Notes: a model not told the origin generated them from the letters alone. Shown: positions 7,451-16,711, numbered from the stretch's first letter. The stretch: 64,000 bases of DNA from an uncultured archaeon (GCA_964353775.1 CAYGWB010000002.1:5185-69184), one strand, 5' to 3'. Program-made: numbers and translations.

Positions 7451-8586
7451 TAAATAGCAGGATAAACACAAAGATGGTAGATGATATGACAGAAGAAAAA
7501 CGCTTGACCCCGTTCGATGCGGGCGATGAGAAGATAGACTACGAGAAGCTCGTCAAGGAGTTCGGCACGGTGCCGTTGCCGGCGCAGATGGCCAAGAGGC
7601 TGTCGGACATACGCGCGTTCCGACACGGCTACGTGTTCAGCCACAGGGACTTCGACAAGTTCCTTGACGCACACGACACTGGCAAGAAGGTCGCGATAAT
7701 CACCGGTTTCAATGCGTCCGGCTCGATACACTTAGGCCACAAGCTGTCTTTCGACTGCGTCATAGAGCTCCAGAAAAAATTCAAGATACCCGCATACGTT
7801 CCGATATCGGACGATGAGAGCTACGTATGCGAGAAGGTCAAGGACCAGACCGAGGGGCTGAAGAACGCCCGTCTGATCGTTGCGCAGCTGCTCGCGCTCG
7901 GTTTCGACCCGAAGCTCACGAAGTTCTTCATACATCAGCAGTATACGAAAATCTACAACCTGGCCATCAAGCTGTCGCAGCGATACACGCTGAGCTCGAT
8001 AAAGGCCATTTACGGCTTCCCGGACAGCACGAACCCGGGTCTCATGTTCTATCCTGTGATACAGGCGGCGGACATACTCCTGCCGCAGGAGCCAGAGTTC
8101 GACGGTAAGAAGTTCACGGTCACTCCGATTGGCATTGACCAGGATCCGCACCTGAGATTGGCGCGCGACATAGCCGAAAAGTTCGGCTACATCAAACCGA
8201 CTACCTTCCACATAAAATATCTGCCCGGATTGCGTGGCGGAAAGATGTCGAAATCAAGACCGGGCAGCGCGCTGTTCCTAGATGAGAAACCCGAGACTGC
8301 GGCGAAGTACGCCATGAACACGCTGACGGGCGGACGGAATACGATTGAGGAGCAGAGAAGGCTCGGCGGAGAATATGACAAGTGCATAGTCGCGGAATAC
8401 ATGGCGGCCCACTTCAACACCGATGTCCAGATAGCAGAAAGGAGACGAAAGTGCTTGGGCGGGAAACTTTTGTGCGGCGAATGCAAGGGCGAACTGACCT
8501 GCGCCATCAAAAAGTTCTTGACGGAGTTCCAGGCGCGAGTCGCCAAGTTTGAAAAGCAGCTTGACAAGAATCTGATAAAGAATTAA
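7447..8586 (+). CDS. trpS: Tryptophanyl-tRNA synthetase (archaeal type); start may be 7474 or 7486
   Basis: 'IDYEKL..EFG', 'SHRDFD', HLGH, 'GIDQDPH', KMSKS, 'GGR.TIEEQRRLGG', 'LCGECK'. Confidence 0.95.
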   Translation: MINSRINTKMVDDMTEEKRLTPFDAGDEKIDYEKLVKEFGTVPLPAQMAKRLSDIRAFRHGYVFSHRDFDKFLDAHDTGKKVAIITGFNASGSIHLGHKLSFDCVIELQKKFKIPAYVPISDDESYVCEKVKDQTEGLKNARLIVAQLLALGFDPKLTKFFIHQQYTKIYNLAIKLSQRYTLSSIKAIYGFPDSTNPGLMFYPVIQAADILLPQEPEFDGKKFTVTPIGIDQDPHLRLARDIAEKFGYIKPTTFHIKYLPGLRGGKMSKSRPGSALFLDEKPETAAKYAMNTLTGGRNTIEEQRRLGGEYDKCIVAEYMAAHFNTDVQIAERRRKCLGGKLLCGECKGELTCAIKKFLTEFQARVAKFEKQLDKNLIKN

Positions 8587-8616
8587 AGTTTTAAAGCAGG
8601 CTGCCAATAATAAGGC

Positions 8617-9948
8617 ATGCCATATGTTCTCACTAACGAAGGCAAGGAATGGCTGGCCAAGGGCCTGCCCGAGAGAAAGCTACTGGATTTCCTAAAAGAC
8701 GGCAGACGGACAATGGCCGAGGTAGCATTACTACCGTCTTCAGCTATTGCGATCGGATGGTCACGCAAGAACGGCTGGATAGCTATCGAGGAGAACCTTT
8801 TTGTCGAGCTGACTCAGGAAGGCAAGATAGTGTCAGCGACCAAGATGCCGCTTGAGCTCGCATTAGATAGCATCCGGAACACCGGGAATGCCAGCCAGGA
8901 AAGCATCCAAACGCTTCTTAATCGAGGCCTTATCCGGCCAGGATCCGGTGGACATGTAGGAATAGTTGAAAAGGTCCTTCACAAAAAACTCGAACTGCCT
9001 GTTCACATGCCGCACATGCCTGTGCACAAACCGGTGCAGACCGATATCGCCCAGATAACGCCCGACATGCTGAAGACCGGGCGATGGAAACAGATGCAGT
9101 TCAAGAAATACGATGTCGGCGCACCGGCTCCACAGCTGTGGACCGGCAAAAGGCACATGGTCATGCAGTTCCTGGAATACGTGAGGCGCATCTGGCTCGA
9201 GATGGGATTCAAGGAGATGTCCGGCGGGCTGACTGAAGGCGCATTCTGGAACTTCGATGCGCTCTACCAGCCGCAGGACCACCCGGCAAGGGACATGGCA
9301 GACACGTTCTATCTGAACCCGCCCGACAATTGTAGACTGCCGAACAAGGACCTGATCGAACGCGTCAGGCAGACACACGAGAACGGCTGGACGACCGGAA
9401 GCAAGGGATGGAAATACGGATGGTCGCAGGAGTTCGCATCAAAGGCATGTTTACGGACGCACACCACTGCGCTCAGCGCGCGCACGCTCGCAACGCTGAA
9501 AAAGCCCGACCTGCCCGCGAAATATTTCGCGATCGGCAGATGCTTCCGCAACGAGACGCTGGACTGGAAACATCTGTGCGAGTTCTACCAGGTCGAGGGA
9601 ATTGTAGTGGACGAGAACGTGACGTTCCGACATCTGCTCGGTTATCTTAAAAGGTTCTATACCATGCTCGGCTTTTCAAATGTCAGGTTCAGGCCGGCCT
9701 ACTTCCCGTACACGGAGATGTCGACCGAGATAGAGGTCTGGGATAAAGACAGAAAGGTGTGGCTGGAACTTGGTGGGGCCGGCATGTTCAGACCGGAGGT
9801 CGTCAAGCCGCTGATGAACATTGATATACCTGTGCTTGCTTGGGGACCTGGTGTAGAAAGAGTCGTATTCAACGCTTACAATCTGACAGACATCCGACAG
9901 CTCTACAACAACGACCTGTCGCTGCTGCGTGGAGCAAAGATGTGGTAA
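8617..9948 (+). CDS. pheS: Phenylalanyl-tRNA synthetase alpha subunit
   Basis: 'FWNFDAL.QPQDHPARD..DTFY', 'LRTHTT', 'FRNE', 'FPYTE', 'GMFRPEV'. Confidence 0.97.
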   Translation: MPYVLTNEGKEWLAKGLPERKLLDFLKDGRRTMAEVALLPSSAIAIGWSRKNGWIAIEENLFVELTQEGKIVSATKMPLELALDSIRNTGNASQESIQTLLNRGLIRPGSGGHVGIVEKVLHKKLELPVHMPHMPVHKPVQTDIAQITPDMLKTGRWKQMQFKKYDVGAPAPQLWTGKRHMVMQFLEYVRRIWLEMGFKEMSGGLTEGAFWNFDALYQPQDHPARDMADTFYLNPPDNCRLPNKDLIERVRQTHENGWTTGSKGWKYGWSQEFASKACLRTHTTALSARTLATLKKPDLPAKYFAIGRCFRNETLDWKHLCEFYQVEGIVVDENVTFRHLLGYLKRFYTMLGFSNVRFRPAYFPYTEMSTEIEVWDKDRKVWLELGGAGMFRPEVVKPLMNIDIPVLAWGPGVERVVFNAYNLTDIRQLYNNDLSLLRGAKMW

Positions 9949-9950
9949 TT

Positions 9951-11606
9951 ATGTCAACAATGATTTTCAACAGGAAGGACTTCTGCAAGCTGGTCGGAAA
10001 GGATTTCTCGACTGATGAGCTGGCCGAAAAGCTTCCGATGCTCGGCCTCGGTTGGGAGAAGGTCGACGGCGAAGAGATAGAGGTGGAAATATTCCCGAAC
10101 AGGCCTGATATGCTGAGCGTGGAAGGCCTGGCCCGTGCGTTCTCAGCGTTCGCAGGCGTGAAAACAGGCCTGCCGAAGTATTCGGCAATCGATTCAGGAT
10201 GCAAGGTGCATGTAGACAAGGAAGTAACCAAAATCAGGCCGTACATAGCTACCGTCATTGTCAAGGGAATAAACATGGACGACGCGACGACCAAGAGCAT
10301 GCTTCAGCTGCAGGAGAAGCTGCACATAAGCCACTGCAGGCGACGAGCAAAGGCGTCGATAGGTTTCTACGACCTGGACAAGATAACGTTCCCCGTCAGG
10401 TATACGACGGCCTCGCCTGACATAAAGTTCAGCCCGCTCGGCTGGGACGTGCCCCATACACTAAAGGACATACTTGAGAAGCACCCGCGTGGCGTCGAAT
10501 ACGGATGGACGCTCAACGGATGCAACTGCTATCCGATACTTGCGGACGACAAACACGTGATACTGTCGATGCCCCCGATAATAAACAACAGAGATGTCGC
10601 GCTGACAATCGAGACGAAGAACCTGTTCATCGACGTCACGGGCACGGACCACAGGACGGTCAAGGAGGTCCTGAACATAATAGTTGCAGCATTGGCCGAC
10701 CGAGGCGGCAAGATATACTCCGTCAACATCGAATATTCAAATTTGAGCGAAACGACGCCCGATATGACTCCGTCCAAGATGAAGCTCGAACTGGACTATG
10801 TGAACAAGCTGCTCGGATTAAAACTGACGCTCCAAGAGGCCATGGGTCTGCTGAAGCACATGAATTTTGACGCGAAATCCGCCGGCAAGGAGGCCGCGAT
10901 CGAGGCGACCGTCCCGACATATAGAACGGATGTGATGCATCCAATCGATCTTGTGGAGGATGTTGCGATCGCATATGGCTACCAGAATTTCGTTCCTGAG
11001 CTGCCGAAGCTGTCAACGATCGGCGAGGAAGCGCCAATCGAGGTGTTCAGCAGAAAATTGATGTTGATAATGACCGGTCTCGGTTTCCAGGAAGCGCTGA
11101 CATACGTACTCAGCAACAACACGAAAATGTTCAAGAACATGAACCTCCCGGAACAGACCGCGGCGAAGACACTGAACCCTCGAACAGCGGAGTTCACTTC
11201 TGTCCGCACATGGCTGCTGCCCTCCATCATGGAGGCGCTGGCCGCCAACCAGCACAACCTGTTCCCGCAGAAGCTTGTCGAGGTCGGAGACTGTGTGGTG
11301 CTGGACAGTACGAGCGAGACCGGAACAAGAAACGTGCGCAAGCTCGCTGGAGCAATCTGCTATGATGTCGCTAACCTGACCGAATGCAAGTCCGTGGTCG
11401 AATCCGTACTCAAGAACCTCGGTCTGAAATATGAAATAAAACCTGCTGATCATCTGAGCTTCATACCCAGCAGGCTCGGTGAAATATTCGTTGGCGGAAA
11501 GAAAATAGGATTCTTCGGAGAAATTCATCCGTCTGTTCTGTCCAACTGGAAACTTGAGAAACCGGTGATTGCATTCGAGCTGGATGTCGAATCTCTCAAG
11601 GCATGA
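9951..11606 (+). CDS. pheT: Phenylalanyl-tRNA synthetase beta subunit
   Basis: 'NRPDMLSVEG', 'QLQEKLH', 'SMPPIIN', 'YRTDVMHPIDLVEDVAIAYGY'; ATG 9951 follows the pheS stop. Confidence 0.97.
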   Translation: MSTMIFNRKDFCKLVGKDFSTDELAEKLPMLGLGWEKVDGEEIEVEIFPNRPDMLSVEGLARAFSAFAGVKTGLPKYSAIDSGCKVHVDKEVTKIRPYIATVIVKGINMDDATTKSMLQLQEKLHISHCRRRAKASIGFYDLDKITFPVRYTTASPDIKFSPLGWDVPHTLKDILEKHPRGVEYGWTLNGCNCYPILADDKHVILSMPPIINNRDVALTIETKNLFIDVTGTDHRTVKEVLNIIVAALADRGGKIYSVNIEYSNLSETTPDMTPSKMKLELDYVNKLLGLKLTLQEAMGLLKHMNFDAKSAGKEAAIEATVPTYRTDVMHPIDLVEDVAIAYGYQNFVPELPKLSTIGEEAPIEVFSRKLMLIMTGLGFQEALTYVLSNNTKMFKNMNLPEQTAAKTLNPRTAEFTSVRTWLLPSIMEALAANQHNLFPQKLVEVGDCVVLDSTSETGTRNVRKLAGAICYDVANLTECKSVVESVLKNLGLKYEIKPADHLSFIPSRLGEIFVGGKKIGFFGEIHPSVLSNWKLEKPVIAFELDVESLKA

Positions 11607-12044
11607 TTACCAGCCGTGCTCGCTGTAGAAAATCTCTTTCAGAATCATCTCGATGGCCTGCCTGATATAAGGAACCGTGTTTGCAGGCAGCTTGTCGAGC
11701 TCGAACCATCCCATGTCATCACACCTGTCCGGCTCCATTATCTTAGGTTCGTTGCGCCACTTACTCGCTCGTATGAACACGTCCACCCTCTCGTCGCGGG
11801 GCGTCTTCCTGTGCATCACATGGACGACCTTCAGGTCCTCCGATCGCACAACGATACCCGCCTCCTCTTTCGCCTCCCTGATCAGCGCCTGTATGAACGT
11901 TTCGTTCCCGTCAAGATGGCCTGCCACAAAACTGTAATTGCCGTCCTCGTAGCCGGTGTTGATCCGCCTGCTAAGAAGTATCTTGCCGTGCTCTATCAGA
12001 ATCAGATAAGATGCCGGAACGGCCTTGAACCTTTCTTTTGGCAT
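11607..12044 (-). CDS. NUDIX hydrolase
   Basis: Nudix box 'GHLDGNETFIQALIREAKEEAGI'. Confidence 0.92.
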   Translation of the reverse strand: MPKERFKAVPASYLILIEHGKILLSRRINTGYEDGNYSFVAGHLDGNETFIQALIREAKEEAGIVVRSEDLKVVHVMHRKTPRDERVDVFIRASKWRNEPKIMEPDRCDDMGWFELDKLPANTVPYIRQAIEMILKEIFYSEHGW

Positions 12045-12047
12045 GGT

Positions 12048-12818
12048 TCAACCCGCTAGGTAAGCAATCATCCTGTCGAACCAGTTCTTTTTCTTGACAG
12101 GGTCCGTCCAGGTATCGCCAGAAATGGAAGCCGCCAGCCGCTTGAACTCCCTGGCCGCCGGGCTCCTCGGGTTGTAGTGGACAACAGGCGTCTTTTCGGC
12201 TATGGAACGCGGGACTGAGATGTCCTCAGGCACGATCCCTATCACGGGCACCTCGAGCATATCTCGGATGTCCGCGACTGTCATCTCGTGGCTGCGACCA
12301 CGCACGCGGTTGACGACGACGCCGACTATCTTTGTGCCTATTTCCTTCCCTATCTTGATAGCCTTCAACGCGTCCGTCAGAGAAGGCATGTCCGGATTTG
12401 TGACAATGATCATCTCGTCTGCGACCTCCATTATCGCGGTCGCCTCCTTTCCCAGGCCGGCCGCACCGTCTATCAGGATTATTTCTGCTGTGCCCAGCAG
12501 GTTCATAAGGGCGCCGGCGAGCTTGTTGATGTTCATCCCCTTTAGGGCTCCGACCGAGAGCGATGCTGGTATTATCCTCAGACCGGATTTGTGCGTGTAG
12601 ATTGCGTGGCGGATGTGGGCCTTTCCTGACAAGGCATCATGCAGTGTTATCGGCGCCAGCGGAATGCCCAAGTGGAGTGACAGATTAGGTGTGGTGACGT
12701 TCCCGTCCATGACTATGACGGATTTGCCTCTCTCGGCAAGAGCCGCACCGAGGTTAGAAGTCGTTGTTGTTTTGCCCACGCCACCCTTCGCGGACAGAAC
12801 AGCTATTATACGCGTCAC
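12048..12818 (-). CDS. minD: MinD-family ATPase
   Basis: Deviant Walker A 'KGGVGKTT'; C-terminal amphipathic helix 'WFDRMIAYL'. Confidence 0.92.
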   Translation of the reverse strand: MTRIIAVLSAKGGVGKTTTTSNLGAALAERGKSVIVMDGNVTTPNLSLHLGIPLAPITLHDALSGKAHIRHAIYTHKSGLRIIPASLSVGALKGMNINKLAGALMNLLGTAEIILIDGAAGLGKEATAIMEVADEMIIVTNPDMPSLTDALKAIKIGKEIGTKIVGVVVNRVRGRSHEMTVADIRDMLEVPVIGIVPEDISVPRSIAEKTPVVHYNPRSPAAREFKRLAASISGDTWTDPVKKKNWFDRMIAYLAG

Positions 12819-12872
12819 AGGACCACGAGAATAGTTGTTAAAGCAAGAATAAAAAGGTTATTTCTTGTCTGA

Positions 12873-13103
12873 CTATTTAAGTGGTCCGAATTTTTTTTCG
12901 TATTCGTCGGCAATTTTTTTGTATGATTCGACAAGTTTCAGGCCGACTTCCAGACGTCCTAACTGCAAGTCTTCTCTCATTCGTCTTATGGCGTAATGGA
13001 CCAAATCGCTCCTATTAGTATAATTTCCTTTCTCTACTTCGTCGTTCATCCATTGCCAGTCATTCCGATTTACTGTTATTGTGACTTTCTTGCTGTTGCC
13101 CAT
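12873..13103 (-). CDS. Ribbon-helix-helix (CopG/Arc-like) DNA-binding protein
   Basis: 'KKVTITV...EVEKGNYTNRSDLVHYAIR' RHH pattern. Confidence 0.8.
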   Translation of the reverse strand: MGNSKKVTITVNRNDWQWMNDEVEKGNYTNRSDLVHYAIRRMREDLQLGRLEVGLKLVESYKKIADEYEKKFGPLK

Positions 13104-13138
13104 GAAAGAAACTACGAAAATAAACTTTATAAACACAA

Positions 13139-13267
13139 TGGTGCCCCGGATGGGATTTGGACCCACGACCTCTTGCTGTCTTCATCCTTCAGTCAGATCT
13201 TCTAAGTTGGACTTAGAAGGTTCGCCGGTATCCCTCAAGCGCTCTATCCAACCTGAGCTACCGGGGC
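13139..13267 (-). tRNA. tRNA-like gene, 129 nt, with a 68-nt anticodon arm; isotype unresolved
   Basis: Acceptor GCCCCGG/CCGGGGC+ACCA, D-arm GCTC/GAGC, variable AGGTC, T-arm GTGGG-TCCAAAT-CCCAT; TATA box about 25-30 nt upstream. Confidence 0.8.
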
Positions 13268-13289
13268 AAACTAGATTTCGGCTGCGCAG

Positions 13290-13305
13290 CTTATAAATTT
13301 ATAAG
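13290..13305. promoter_or_regulatory. Perfect palindrome CTTATAAATTTATAAG: back-to-back TATA boxes for the tRNA-like gene and leuS
   Basis: Each half lies about 22-30 nt from the respective gene start. Confidence 0.65.
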
Positions 13306-13326
13306 AACAGGCGGGAAAGACTTGAC

Positions 13327-16071
13327 ATGTCAGAGTGGCAGAAGATTGAAAAGAAGTGGCAGGCCGAATGGGCAAAATCAAAGCTCTTCGAGGCCGAGCC
13401 TGACAAGAGAAAGAAGTATTACATGCTCTTCGCCTATCCGACCGTGAGCGGCACGCTGCACGTCGGGCATGCACGCAGCTATTCGATGCCAGATGTGATA
13501 GCCAGATACAAGCGTGCGCGAGGCTTCAACGTCTTCTTCCCGCTCGGTTTCCACGCGACAGGCGTGGACTGCGAACGGATACTTCAGAAGTCAAAGGACG
13601 CCGAGGCGATTGTAAAGTACGGCATAAACGCGAATGATGCTAAAAAGTTCAAGAACCCGCTGAATGTGGCGGAATACCTGCAAAAGGGAATAATGGATTC
13701 TTTCAGCCAGATGGGCCTTTCACTGGACAACAGGCCGGCCGTCAGCACCATCCACCCGCAGTACGGAAAGTTCATCCAGTGGCAGTTCAAGAAACTGAAG
13801 GAACTCGGCCTGCTCATACAGCGCGACTACCGTCTGGCATGGTGTCCGACAGAGAACCATCCGGTGAGTCTCGATCCGGCCGAAGCGGACATCCAGGAAT
13901 GGAAGGGCGCCCAGATCAAGGATTATATAATAATCAAGTTCGAGTTCGACGACATGGTGCTGCCTGCAGCGACAATGCGGCCGGAGACAATTTTTGGAGT
14001 GACGAACGTCTGGGTCAACCCGGAAGCCAAGTACGTAAAGGCGAAGGTGGACGGAGAGGCCTGGTTGATAGCAGAGCCTGCCGTGAAGAAGCTGCAGGAC
14101 CTGGACAAGAAAGTGGAAGTGATGGGAAAGTTCGACCCGAACAAACTGATAGGGCTGGAGGTAAAGAACCCGGCGACCGGCAAAACAATCCCTGTGCTGG
14201 AAGGCAGCTTCGTCGACCAGAACGAGGCGACCGGTGTCGTGATGTCCGTGCCAGCGCATGACCCGTTCGATTTCATCCACCTCAACATGATTGCGCCGGA
14301 CATAAAGCCGATACAGGTCGTGGAAGTCGCCGGACATGGCGGCATACCGGCTGGCGAGATGGTCGCAAAGAACAACATAACGGATCCGAACGATCCGAGA
14401 CTTGAGCTCATAGTCAAGGACCTCTACAAGATGGAGTTCGGCGGCAAGATGCATTCGATAGCCGGAAAGTTCGCAGGCATGCCCGTCCCTAAGGCGAAGA
14501 CGGCGATAACGCAGTGGCTTGCAAAGGACGGGAAGGCTGACATGATATACGAGCTGTCCGCGAAGCCTGTGCACTGCAGGTGCGGAGCTGAAATAATAAT
14601 CAAGAAGGTCCATGGTCAGTGGTTCATAGACTACGGCAATGAGGACTGGAAAAAGAAAACGAAAGGGCATATCGACAAAATGACCATCTATCCGCCGGAG
14701 TACAAGACCGAGCTGCCTGCGATAATAGACTGGCTCGAAGCCAGACCGTGCGTCAGACGACGCGGTCTTGGCACAGCGTTCCCGTTCGAACCTGGCTGGA
14801 TAATCGAGGCCATTTCCGACAGCACGATATACATGGCGTTCTACATCATCTCGAAATATTTCAACGCGGGCAAAATCAAGATAGACGAACTGACAGACTA
14901 TTTCTTCGACTATGTATTCTTGGGCAAAGGCAAGCCGAAGAAGAAGCTGTGGGAGAGCATCCGAAAAGATTTCCTCTACTGGTACCCGCTCGACCTGAAC
15001 GCCATAGGCAAGGAGCACAAGTCCGTACACTTGCCGTTCTTCATAATGAACCACGTCGCCGTCTTCCCGGAGAAGCAATGGCCGAACGGGATATTCGTCA
15101 ACTGGCACCTGGTCGCTTACGGAAAGAAACTGTCGAAGCACCTTGGCAACGTGATATTCTGGAACGACGCGATCAAAAAGTATGGCGCGGACTCGATACG
15201 GTTCTACCTGACTCACGGCTCGAACCAGTGGCATGACTTTGACTGGAAGAGCGAGGACTGCGAGAACTACGGACGTCAGCTGACAAACTTCTACCAGACA
15301 GTGCAAAGGCTGATAGAGAACAAGAAGACGGCCAGAGCGGTAAGACCGATAGACAGATGGCTGCGCTCTCGGCTGAACAGGCACATCAAAGACGTGACGG
15401 AAGCGCTGGACAAGGCCGAAATAAGAAAGGCCATCGACACGGCTTTCTTTAACATATCGTCCGATGTCGGCTGGTACCTGAAAAGGACTGACAGCCCGCG
15501 CATCGACTGGCTCGGCGACTGGCTGAAGCTGCTCGCTCCGTTCATCCCTCACACGACAGAGGAGCTGTGGCACCTGGCAGGAAACAAGAACTTCCTGATC
15601 AATTCGGGATGGCCCGAATATGACAGCAAGGCCGTGAACCTTTCGACCGAGGCCGGAGAGGACATGGTCCGCAGGCTGCAGGGCAATATAGACGAGATAA
15701 AGAAAATTTCAAAGATATCGAGGCCCGCAAAGATTTCAATCATCGTGAGCGCGCCATGGAAGTATGACGTCTACAAGATAGTCATGGACGGGAAGTCGCT
15801 GCGCGAGATAATGGAGGATAAGAAGCTGAAGCCGCTCGGAGCGGCGGTCGCGAACTACGTCCAAAGGCTGCAGAAGAAAAAGCCGCTGGACGAACTGTTC
15901 CTTGGAGCAGGCAGCGAACTGGCCGCGCTACGTGATACCAAAGAGTTCTATGAGAAGGCATTCGGCTGTCCTGTAGAAATCTGGGAATCAGAGAAGGCCG
16001 CGAGCATTTCCGAACTTGCGAACAAGGCCGCTGCTGCTGAACCTGGCAAACCTGGAATATTAATAATGTGA
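13327..16071 (+). CDS. leuS: Leucyl-tRNA synthetase (archaeal type)
   Basis: HVGH, editing motifs 'ATMRPET' and 'TGVVMSVPAHDP', 'SDSTIYMA', KMSKS variant KLSKH, C-terminal 'AEPGKPGI'. Confidence 0.95.
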   Translation: MSEWQKIEKKWQAEWAKSKLFEAEPDKRKKYYMLFAYPTVSGTLHVGHARSYSMPDVIARYKRARGFNVFFPLGFHATGVDCERILQKSKDAEAIVKYGINANDAKKFKNPLNVAEYLQKGIMDSFSQMGLSLDNRPAVSTIHPQYGKFIQWQFKKLKELGLLIQRDYRLAWCPTENHPVSLDPAEADIQEWKGAQIKDYIIIKFEFDDMVLPAATMRPETIFGVTNVWVNPEAKYVKAKVDGEAWLIAEPAVKKLQDLDKKVEVMGKFDPNKLIGLEVKNPATGKTIPVLEGSFVDQNEATGVVMSVPAHDPFDFIHLNMIAPDIKPIQVVEVAGHGGIPAGEMVAKNNITDPNDPRLELIVKDLYKMEFGGKMHSIAGKFAGMPVPKAKTAITQWLAKDGKADMIYELSAKPVHCRCGAEIIIKKVHGQWFIDYGNEDWKKKTKGHIDKMTIYPPEYKTELPAIIDWLEARPCVRRRGLGTAFPFEPGWIIEAISDSTIYMAFYIISKYFNAGKIKIDELTDYFFDYVFLGKGKPKKKLWESIRKDFLYWYPLDLNAIGKEHKSVHLPFFIMNHVAVFPEKQWPNGIFVNWHLVAYGKKLSKHLGNVIFWNDAIKKYGADSIRFYLTHGSNQWHDFDWKSEDCENYGRQLTNFYQTVQRLIENKKTARAVRPIDRWLRSRLNRHIKDVTEALDKAEIRKAIDTAFFNISSDVGWYLKRTDSPRIDWLGDWLKLLAPFIPHTTEELWHLAGNKNFLINSGWPEYDSKAVNLSTEAGEDMVRRLQGNIDEIKKISKISRPAKISIIVSAPWKYDVYKIVMDGKSLREIMEDKKLKPLGAAVANYVQRLQKKKPLDELFLGAGSELAALRDTKEFYEKAFGCPVEIWESEKAASISELANKAAAAEPGKPGILIM

Positions 16072-16075
16072 TGTT

Positions 16076-16711
16076 ATGGGTCAGATACTAGTATTCGGAG
16101 ACAGCATAGCATGGGGCGCCTGGGACACCAAAGGTGGCTGGGTACGGAGATTGCGCGAGCACATCGATAAAAAAAATTTGATTTTACCGAATTATTGGCG
16201 TGTCGTATACAATCTTGGCGTGTCAGGTGACACGACGATAGATATACTGAGACGATTTGAGTTCGAAACCAAACAAAGGATTATTGATGCGGGAAGACCG
16301 GCAATCATTTTTGAGATCGGAGCAAACGACTGTGCGTTCGCTATGAACAAGAACGGTCTCCTGGTCCGACCAGACGTCTTCAGAAGAAATGTAGAAAAAC
16401 TGATAAGACTTGCAAGAAAATATTCCTCAGAAATAATCGTTATCGGCCCCTTTCCGGTAAATGACGCCGAAACAAATCCGATATCTTGGAATAAAAACTT
16501 CTACCACAGAAATGAGAATAAAATTACCTATAACGAAATACTGAAAGCCGTGTGTAAAAAGAGCAGGGTTCGCTTCATCGACGTGCTTGGAAAGGCAATG
16601 AGATGTGATTACAAAAGTATGCTGTATGACGGGTTGCATCCGAATTCACGAGGACATGAGAAGATTTTCGAAATCGTTAAGAATTTTCTTACAAAAAATA
16701 AAATGATATGA
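16076..16711 (+). CDS. SGNH/GDSL hydrolase
   Basis: 'FGDSI', 'NLGVSGD', 'GAND', 'DGLHPN'. Confidence 0.93.
   Translation: MGQILVFGDSIAWGAWDTKGGWVRRLREHIDKKNLILPNYWRVVYNLGVSGDTTIDILRRFEFETKQRIIDAGRPAIIFEIGANDCAFAMNKNGLLVRPDVFRRNVEKLIRLARKYSSEIIVIGPFPVNDAETNPISWNKNFYHRNENKITYNEILKAVCKKSRVRFIDVLGKAMRCDYKSMLYDGLHPNSRGHEKIFEIVKNFLTKNKMI

Noticed and set aside
13104..13166. N-terminal extension of the RHH ORF starting inside the tRNA-like gene
   Set aside because: The RHH domain begins at ATG 13103 with its own TATA; unlike the wHTH/tRNA-Trp case, the overlap is not required
13139..13267. Calling the tRNA-like gene a two-intron tRNA-Trp or a tRNA-Phe
   Set aside because: Two excisions can yield CTTGA-GTCCAAC-TCAAG, but that needs an abnormal G32/C38 and I found no BHB support; normal Trp and Phe tRNAs already exist in the window
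13720..15573. 617-aa minus-strand ORF, and similar long antisense ORFs at 19515-20654, 20938-22221, 26105-27610, 29484-30566
   Set aside because: Shadow ORFs opposite well-supported genes (leuS, ftsZ, spt5/rpl11, alaS, nrdJ), expected from codon bias; no motifs
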